A DNA stretch of 64,000 nt from Bugula neritina. Taxonomy: Eukaryota > Animalia > Bryozoa. Where the stretch lies: positions 13,732,633 through 13,796,632 of the forward strand of contig OZ037769.1 in assembly GCA_964035545.1 (NCBI GenBank). Direction: 5' to 3'. The notes under the pieces are model-generated. The model did not search any database and had not been told where the DNA came from. It saw nothing but the letters and a program-made list of their open reading frames with translations. Each line of letters starts with the position of its first letter. Position 1 is the stretch's first letter. Both the position numbers and the translations under genes were made by a program. This document shows positions 54,444-64,000 of the stretch, piece after piece.

Positions 54444-57400
54444 ATCTGAGCCAAAAACCTAAAACATACATCTGGTTGATACAAGCCAGAATGACACGTG
54501 TATTATAGCTCAAAAAAAAGGCAATTGAAAATTAATTTTCTAGTAAAAGTTGAAACCTTATGGGCTAGGTTTATTTAAACTGAACAGCTTGATTAGAGTA
54601 CCAAGCATTTAATCAATTGTGTAGTTTAATAAAATTTTACATATTGAAATAGTTGAATACCTTAGAATTTAGATCAAAATGACTAAAATAAGTAGAGTGT
54701 AAAAATGAATGCAAGATTTGAATGTATTGTAATGGCTTTCGGAAGTGGGAGGCTCCCTTTCCCCTGCTAAATATATGGTTTATAGTTATAGCTCTGCCAG
54801 TTGTAACTTTTTACCCCAGTCTTCCCGCTTCTCACGCGGCAGACAACGTGGACTGTTGCATAATTATACTACTGTAGACCTACCTAGTAACTGACTAGGT
54901 AAGTAATTTAACGTTGTAATTCTTGTTATTTTTGTTGACTAATGTAAACTCTTTTCTATTGTATCAGGTGTATTAAATATATTTTCTCAGGTTCCTGATC
55001 ACTCATTCGGTTGATTACATAACCTTCATACGTGATGCAGTAATTGATAACATACAAGCAGACCTACAAACTATAGTTCCTGAAAACTATAACAGGATTT
55101 TAATTTTTACAAAGTTATGACCTTGTAGATTGAGATCACATAAAACACTATTTTAGAACTTAAAAATTTCTAATCACAAAATACGATCTGAAAATTTAAT
55201 TTATATTTTAGTCTAAAACAATCAGAAATATGGTGAGTTATCACTTATCAGTTAATGTCATCATTTACATTATCATTATGATTATGACTTAGTCTTATCA
55301 TTATGAGTTAACCAATAAACCTGTAACTGTTAAGCATCACTATAACATTAACTAGTAGTACTACTATAAGCATAACTATAAGTAATAGTATAACTATAAG
55401 TGAATACTGAATAACTATAAGAGTTTCACTTTCATTTTGATTTTCAGTTTCAGTTTGAGTTTACGGCTTAGAGTTAGGGTCAACCCTAACACCAAACTGA
55501 CATACTGCCAAATTATTGGTGTATAACGATTAAGCTTAATATGAATTTTAATAAAACTCCGTCACATTATAGTGGCTTTAATAAATATCTGTAAGGATAT
55601 GACTATCAGACATCAGTATGAGTATCACTTTGAGTTTGAGTTGAGGCAAAACGCTCCATTAAATGAAAATGTGTGCCAAAAATTGAATCGCTAAACCACT
55701 AGAGTTGCTAACGATAAACTTGTAATGCAATACAAAGTTTGAGGTTACAGAGCGCAATTATCTAAAATTCTCATGTCGGACAATGATATGTGCGTAAAGA
55801 TTCCACCCACCGACTCCAAACTTTGTGCTCTATCTAGTGATTACTCAGTCTAACCTTGCATAATATTATCTAAAGTCAAAATAATGAACAAATTTGTTTC
55901 CCAGTTGCTTAGAGGCAGTAAGCAATATCGAGTTACTGTTAGTACTCTAAGAGTAAGTTGAAGTCTACAAAAAATAGAATTAAATTTATCATTTAACTTA
56001 TAACTTTAGGCTTAGTCTTCAGGTATTCATGAATCATGTATCAATATCATTGTGATTGTAATAAAATTGCATGATATTGAATTTGATATTCAATTTCATA
56101 TTCATATCGAATAACATTAATTCAATTGAGTATCACTATCATAATCATTGACATTAGTGATTACATTTGCTAATTAGTCATTACTATTATAAATCATTAT
56201 CAATAAATAAATAAGTCGCACTTAGAGTCATCATGAGTATGACTATCTTCAGTGAGTGTCATTAATCATTAAGATTATCATTATCATTATGATTATCATT
56301 ATGACAAATCATGATATATTGATAAGCCTAACTCACTGTTACTAACTGGCTTACTCAGTTACTGTTAGTGTTAAAGCTTAATTATGGTCTATAAGTATAT
56401 TAATATTAAGCTAGCCTCAGTCTGATTACCGCACTACTGCGAATTTATTAAACCTTTGGCTTTTATTTTAATTTGTCTATAACTTAGTATAACCTAAACT
56501 GTAACTTATAACTTTTAGTATAACTGTATTACTAGTAGTAGTAATACTAATACTATTAAATTTTCATGTTGATTTGCTATCATTATGGCCAAGTTTGGTT
56601 TCAGGTTTGCTGTTAATTCACGATTGAAAATTGTGTCAATCTGTGTATAAGTACTGACAATAAGTATAAATACTGAGTTATACTTATAGTTATGCTTATA
56701 CTGATATTCATCATCAATGCCATTATGGATATTTACAAGCTCAGGGCTAAGCTAAGCATATTAGTATATATTTTATATAGTGAGCAGGCAATTAGTTTAG
56801 AGTTCTACTTTTATTTGAAAAGGCAAAAGCAGTATTAGTGAGACTATAACTATAAGTATGACTTTTATTAAATGCCTATTTATACTGGAGTATGCTGATC
56901 TCTGGACTCACCTGTTGTCACTGCTTATAGTTATAAAAACTGGGACAATTCAAAATATAGCTATCAGATTTGTAAGAAAAACTCAAATGATCATGTGTTG
57001 GGTGTGGTATCTGTAAAAATCAAGTTTCTCTAAAAATATTGGAACTAAAGTACAAAAAGGCACGGAAACACACGTAGCCTACCTAATAAAGGTACATTTT
57101 TTTCAAAACCAACACTAATGGTCTCTTTAGATAATGCATAAACTATAAGCTGCATAAATTAAGCAATACTGACATTGGCTGCTTGAGATACCACTAAGTA
57201 GGAAACCTAAATTATATCTATACTACTTCTTCTACTTGCTATAATAACTATTTTGCCATAAAATTTAGCCTACAATACCTAAGATTTAGACTCCAATCTC
57301 TTCCAAATTTACAACTTGTCTAAATTTCTCATTCCTTGCAATAGGTCAATTAAAGTCTACAAATCAATTATTGAAGCATTCAGGTAGTTGGTTGCAGCAT

Positions 57401-58021
57401 CATACATTGAATAGCAAATGAAATATACATACTAATTTGGTAAAATATTTATAATAGATAACTTGTAACAATTGCTGATGACTGATTTAATTGTCAGTAA
57501 TTATTTGTTACTCTTTTATTTTTGACTGATTTCTATTGGTATTTGGTGGACTTGGTTTTCAAGTCCCGACAGATTACTATTTTTAATGTTCTATTCTTTT
57601 CAATATAATATGCAGTAATCAGCTAAAATCTTGACTTGTTTTTTAATTTGCTCGAGCATAAACTAGTGGAAATCTGATAACTGTTTATTCATAGGCCTTA
57701 TCTTAACTTGAAATTTAGATATAGTTTTTTTACTTCTTAGTAAAAGCTGCAGCCAATACTATCCATACTAGTTTGCATATTATAACATGATGATATTTAT
57801 ACTTGCAAGAAATTAGCACTAGAAATGATTTTTATAGTTTTTTTTATCAAATTAGATCTTGTCATCAATAATATTATTTGCACAAGCATTGACACGCGGC
57901 ATTACCATATGGGTTTTGAAAATCAACTCAAAGATATCACTTATTAAATAATCAATTAATACCTAGCAGTAATATTTTTTCACTACGCATAGGTTTTAGG
58001 CTGAATACTATTGTAGAAGTA

Positions 58022-58948
58022 ATGGCTGGACAATCTTCAAATACTAAGTCACTTATTGTATTTGACTTTGATGAGACTATCATTGATGGAACATCAATAT
58101 TCGATATAATGCACCTTTATCCAAGAGCATATTATGCAGACACCCAAAACATTGGTATGACTCATGGTTGGAATGAAAAAAATAATGCGATGTTTGCATC
58201 ACTTAAGTCTCACGGCATTGACATAGCAGCTTTGAAGAAAATTGTTCTTGATATACCATTAGTAAATGGAATGGAAGAACTTCTAGGTTATCTCAAAAGT
58301 AGTGAGCATGATGCCATCCTCATATCTGGCGCTAATACTTTATTTATTGATTGGTACCTTGAAGATAGAAAACTTCATGGTGTCTTTCAAGGTGTATACA
58401 CAAACTTTGCCAATATTAAAGATGGAAAACTGGTGCTACGGTGCTTTCATCACCAAGATAACTGTAAACGCTGTGTTCGAAGCATTTGTAAAGGTAAATT
58501 ACTCATATTTTTCTCTCAAAATAGATTCCTCTTATGCTTCAACATGCTTAACCAAACTCTGTTTTTTCATTGGAGTTCTTGGCATAACTTTCTACAATGC
58601 TACTTGTGGGTTGTAATACCTATTTAATTTTTGAAATATTTACGTTGAGCGGTTTTTAAATACATCATGTCATAATTTTCATTAATATTTGAAGGTCAGG
58701 TGTTGGAGGAAGTAGTAGCCAAGAAGAAAGCTGAAGGTACTAAATACTCAAAAATATGCTACATTGGTGATGGTGACAATGACCTCTGTCCAGTTCTCCG
58801 TCTTTTAAAAGAGGATTATGTGTTCCCGAGAGCGGGTTATGCACTTGAATATCGAATTTCCAAAGCTCGTCAAATTGCAGCCCAAATTGTACCTTGGGAT
58901 TGTGCTTCTACAATCACTGAAACAATAAAAGAATTATCAACTAGATAG
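58022..58948 (+). CDS. PHOSPHO1/PHOSPHO2-like HAD phosphatase PH1, 241 aa (exons 58022-58493, 58695-58948)
   Basis: Motif I FDFDETI, motif II ISGANT, SICKG, motif IV YIGDGDNDLCP, VFPRAGYAL. Confidence 0.9.
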
Positions 58949-60436
58949 TGCTCTATTTGCTGCTGAAAGGTTTATATTTTTTTTTCAGTAGGGCATGAAA
59001 TCTAATCACATAGTTAGAATAGGCAGCTTTTTTAAAGCAATATATATACCGGAGATATAAGTGTGTATTTTTCCAATCCTTTAAACCTCTTGTTTATCAA
59101 AGTTATTTTTATGCAGGCATAGATGAACAATTCTGCTTAATCCAAAATTTAGAGTTGATTATATAGCAAAAAATCAATTGCTGTTAGCATTTTAAGCCTT
59201 TTCTTACCAATGTTTTATATATGTTTTTATTACATACTGGTTGTACTATAACTGTGGATTATTAGTTTTAAATTAAACCAATGTATTTTTTTGGATTTTT
59301 TTAAATATGTCTTTTGTGCAACAAAATATAGTTAGTATATCAACCCCCATTTGTTGGATTGCAATTATATTTAATAAATTAATTTTGACCTTCATTACTA
59401 AGGTTTGAGATTTTACAATTGAAAAACATTGTTGGTTTGTGTAATCTCTGTGACAATGCTATTTCTAACAACAATTTACTTCTTTGGTAACTATAATGGT
59501 AATGATTGTGCTTTAGAAAAAAAAAAAAGCAAAAAATAATTTTGGACCCCCACACCAACTAATAGTGAAAGCAATTGCTAGGTGTCCATTTTTAAAGTCA
59601 ACTGCTAGCATTTTTATGGAGTCAGAACACTAAGCTACCTTCAAATATTGGCTTGAAATAAATGCAAGTCAAAATCAAGGTTGAAACGTTATATGAAGTG
59701 TCCATAAAATTATTTAATTAAATTTACATTAGGCTTAATTAAATGTTAGCTTGTCACCTTATACATTGAATGTAATAGTGCATGTTGAACATTATTGTCT
59801 TAACCATTTCTTATTGCTATCTAATATTATTTCAAAACTTTGTTTTTTTAACCAAGATTTTTTATGCAAGTTTAGCAGCAGTGTTTAGATTATCCTGTTT
59901 TAAAGTTGCAATGGTAAGCACATGACTGCTTTTAATAATCTGAACTGACAAAATTCCAAGGAATTTTCTTGAATTGATATCAGCTTCTGCCAAATTTTTT
60001 GCTTTTTAAAAGACATATAGCGTCTTTTGCTAGACTTACATATATGAATATTGTTCCAATGTGGTTATTGCCGGTTTTTTATACTGTTAGATTATCATTT
60101 GTAGAAATGGTTTCTCTAATGCAGAAATAGGTTGCATCTCATTTTCTATTTTGAGTTATTTGCTTTGGTTCAATTTCTAATAATCTTGACTGAATGACAG
60201 AATATATCATGCTTATGTGTACACTTTAGATTTATTGAAAAACTGTATAGTTTGCTTCTATGGCTTATAGGTGAACATATGCTTTATACTCATCTTGTCA
60301 GTAGTCTAATACTAAAAGAAAAATTAAAGTTTTTTCAAGATTCAGTTACTAACTGTTTCTTGTTAAAATTTAATTTTTCAGTTGTAGTTTTGCTTTGATT
60401 TTTTTATACAAATTATTAAATTTTAGGGTTATCACT

Positions 60437-61441
60437 ATGAGCCAGCCACAGTACAAAAAGCATTTAGTTATTTTTGATTTTGACGACACAATCATCGATG
60501 GTAACTCGGATGCCGAAGTGAATTCCATGCATCCTCGACCTATTCCTGACGAGATTACACAAATTGGCATCACACAAAATGGATCAATTGATTTTAAAGT
60601 GGCACTCTTTGCATCTCTCCAACAGTTGGGTGTAACTATTGATCAAATTGAAGACAAGGTTATAAGTTTGCCATTTGTTCCTGGGGTGAAGGAGTTGCTT
60701 AATTATTTGCACAGCCTTGAAGACTTTGAACTAATAATATTGTCCGGTGCCAACACCTTGTTTGTGCAATGGTATTTAGATGCTATGGGGATCAATGGTG
60801 TGAGCCAAATACTGTCGAATTTTGCTGAAGTCAAGGACGGGAGACTTGTTGTCAGATGTCATCACAATCAAACCTGGTGTCACATGTGCTCTAAGAACTT
60901 ATGCAAAGGCGTGTCGATATTTTTTTATATAACTTGTTTTTCTCTGCTGCTAAGTTCAATTTTATAAATAGTTTATTTAAGTATTATTTTAAGAAAAAAA
61001 CTGCCCAAGTTCATAGTCACAATCCCAGTGAGAAAAACCTTTGATGAAAGGGTTTTTTTTGTTAAATCGGGCTAATGACTTATTCAGGTGGGGCATTATT
61101 TTAGGTCACTTGTTAATGGGTTGATTCCTGTACAATTTAATAGCCACACAATGTTTTACAGAAATTGCTTTGGTTTACTTTTAGGTCGGGTTTTGGAAAA
61201 CCTAATCCAAGAAAGAACCAAATCTGGTGTCAGTCATTTAAACGTGGTATATTTCGGAGATGGAAAAAATGACTTTTGTCCCACCCTAAAGTTGTCAAAA
61301 GATGACGTAGTTTTTCCACGACATGATTTTCCATTGCACAAGCTCATCATGCAGAGCAGCTCTGATGTAAAAGCAAAATTTTTTTCTTGGAAAAACGGAC
61401 TTGAAGTCATAGAGATTTTCAAAAAGTTGTTTATTCATTAG
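60437..61441 (+). CDS. PHOSPHO1/PHOSPHO2-like HAD phosphatase PH2, 242 aa (exons 60437-60908, 61185-61441; GC-AG intron inferred)
   Basis: FDFDDTIIDGNSD, LSGANT, NLCKG, YFGDGKNDFCP, VFPRHDFPL. Confidence 0.87.
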
Positions 61442-62804
61442 TCATTTTGAGAATTAATGTTGTGTTTTGATCATTAGTGTTTTTTTATATAAATGTATGT
61501 TTATTCACTTTTTTATTTTATTATAGCTATCTAGATACCAGCTGTATGCTCAAGTTATTACATATTTTTAGCCACATGTCCTAATTATATGCGAGCATAC
61601 ACTTAGTTTTTTTAAATCAAAACGGAATCTTTATTTCTTGTGTTGATAACTGATGTTAATTTAAGATATCTAAACAGTATATAAAATTATGCATGGCTAG
61701 TTAAGCTGACAACTATAGATCATAGTAAGCTACTGCTTAGCATCTATCTGTTGCTCTTACTGATAGTATGTGTTCAGTAGTGCTGCTTTAGATGCATTAC
61801 ATGAAATAGAATTACATTATTAACATTATGTTTTATATGGAAGCCTTGTTATTTCTTGGTCGTTTTTTCTGTCGGACATAACATAGTAGATGCTGGTCAA
61901 AATCAAGGTTGTATATGAATGTTTTGTTACAATTATTTTTTTCTTTAATTTTTGCTGTTCAAAACTTTTAGATGGGTGTCAAGATACAGGTATTTCTGAA
62001 ATTGTCTACATTATTTCTCAAATAAACGTTGACTAAAGCAATCAAATCACAGGTTAATTTGTTTTAATGGTGTAGCTTGTGGATAGTAAGTTTTTGAAAA
62101 CTTAGAGCCTTCAGTGTTCCGCAGCTGGTGATATTATTGATAAAATGAAGCAATTTAGTATTCGGGTCTTACCTTATTAAAAACAGTTTTGTAATACAAT
62201 TTCTTGCAGATTACCTACATTTTTCAACTTGGGATTCAGATTAATCTAAGCCCAGCAAAATTTGTGGAATGTTTGGCTGTGTTGTTAATATAAAAGCTGA
62301 GTCATGTTGCTAATTTTATGAATAGCATAAAGTGGAAATACGCGCCTGACATTGCTTTTGCATGCAGTTAACGTATGATCAGTGACTAAATCAGTTGATA
62401 TGCTGGTATATATTAGATAAGGAGATTCTAGTTTTATCATTTTTATTTTGGTACCAGTTCTAGCAATTTAAGGTAGATTATTCTAACTGACATTTTGTTT
62501 CTAGAGCTGTATTGTGTTAGAGTTATAATCTGACAGAGCTTTTTATTGCACTAAATATTACAAGCAACTGAACTAAGTAGCACACTTAAGTAGATAGCTA
62601 TAAATTGCTATTACAGATAAGGATGTGGTAATAAGCAGTTAAGTACAATAGGCATAAGCTGAGAAACAAGAGCACATTGAAATACCATCAACTGATTCAA
62701 CGTGTCTATAAACATATTTACCGACAACATATCGTGTTTTATAACAAGTTGAAAATAATTTTTTTGTAGTGGCCATGTTGATGAATTTTTCTTCATTGTA
62801 GCAT

Positions 62805-63999
62805 ATGATGGCCAAACCACAAAAGATCTTGCTAGCTTTTGATTTCGATCACACGATATTGGACGGTAACTCAGATGTGCAAGTGCAAAAGCTACACAAT
62901 GGACCTCTACCAGATGCTGTCACTAAACTATACAGTGGCAGAGATTGGAATCATTATATGGCAGCAGTTTTTGATTTGCTCCATCGTCAAGACATTTCTG
63001 CCGAAGACATCAGGCAGAATATTTTGTCTCTGTCGTTGGTTAGCGGCATGAAGGAGCTGTTTGACCATTTGAGGCAGGACATGTTCGAAGTGATAATAAT
63101 ATCCGACGCTAACTGCCAGTTTATAGACTGGCATCTTCGAGAGAATCAGTTTGACGAGTTCATCGCTCAGATCTACTCAAACCCTGCAAAGTTCGATGAA
63201 AATGGAAAACTCAATCTAGACTTTTATCATCGGCAGGACTGGTGTGACCTATGCTCCAAGAACCTATGTAAAGGTACGTACAGTTAAAATGTTCAATAGA
63301 ATAAGTTTTATCATGTTGGAGCTTACTTTATCTTTCTTTTTTGAAGCCTCTTGTTTTCAAATCTATGAAATGTCGGAGTTGTTGTACCCATAACCCATAG
63401 CTATATATAGCTAAATGGGTGCATGTTACCTGCTCCAGACTTTGTAGCATTACCCACATTGAGAGTTGATCCGAAGTCTTTCAACTGCTGCCTACCTTCA
63501 TCTGTTACTAATCATTGTATCTTCATGTAAAAACTGACGCTGTATTCTATGATAGATTATTGCTGTAGCACATAGGGAGTCTTATCAAAACACGATACAA
63601 TTTTTTATAATGACTGCTTCAAAGTGAGAGGCTTTATCACAGTTTTTTATTTGAGCATGGCATTCATCCCTTAAGCAATGTACCATAACACCCTAAGATA
63701 CTTCTGCTGCGCTGTAGTTGAAACTTAAACTAAGCTATAAATTTACAGGCAGCGTTCTGGAGAAACATGTGGCCCAGAGAAAATCTTCGGGAGTATCATA
63801 TTCTAGAATATTCTACATTGGCGATGGTAACAACGACTACTGTCCCAGCCTGAGACTGGCTGAAAAGGATTGTGTGTTTCCTCGGATCGGCTATGCTCTT
63901 CATCGTAGAATACAGGAAAATAACTCAAAAGTCAAGGCTCAAGTTGTTCCATGGAAAACTGCCTCTACTATAATGGAAGCTGTTACCTCATCTACTTGA
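62805..63999 (+). CDS. PHOSPHO1/PHOSPHO2-like HAD phosphatase PH3, 239 aa (exons 62805-63273, 63749-63999); the most canonical copy
   Basis: FDFDHTILDGNSD, IISDAN, CSKNLCKG, YIGDGNNDYCP, VFPRIGYAL. Confidence 0.92.
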
Positions 64000-64000
64000 A

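Overview
AT-rich, intron-containing invertebrate (metazoan) genomic DNA; I cannot tell the species from the sequence. Left to right: (i) the 3' end of a CUB-domain gene with a GPI-like tail (335-2848, +); (ii) a ~40-kb mixed cluster of four PLAC8/cornifelin genes interleaved with four intact three-exon genes, plus two orphan promoter/first-exon copies, encoding a family of small secreted peptides I do not recognise. These have a signal peptide, a six-Cys core (C-x9-C-x2-C-x2-C-x5-C-x6/9-C) and a strongly Arg-rich tail, with a C-terminal Gly in three of four. They are absent from the ORF track because an intron splits the CDS, and they are the main discovery candidate. The cluster was shaped by an inverted duplication and carries a dead Tc1 element, several MITEs, tRNA-derived repeats and a Penelope-like retroelement with a hammerhead ribozyme; (iii) a ~301-aa PTP1B/TC-PTP-like phosphatase (-); (iv) three tandem PHOSPHO1/2-like HAD phosphatases (+), two with altered specificity residues. 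All gene models were spliced and translated by hand; no database searches were run.
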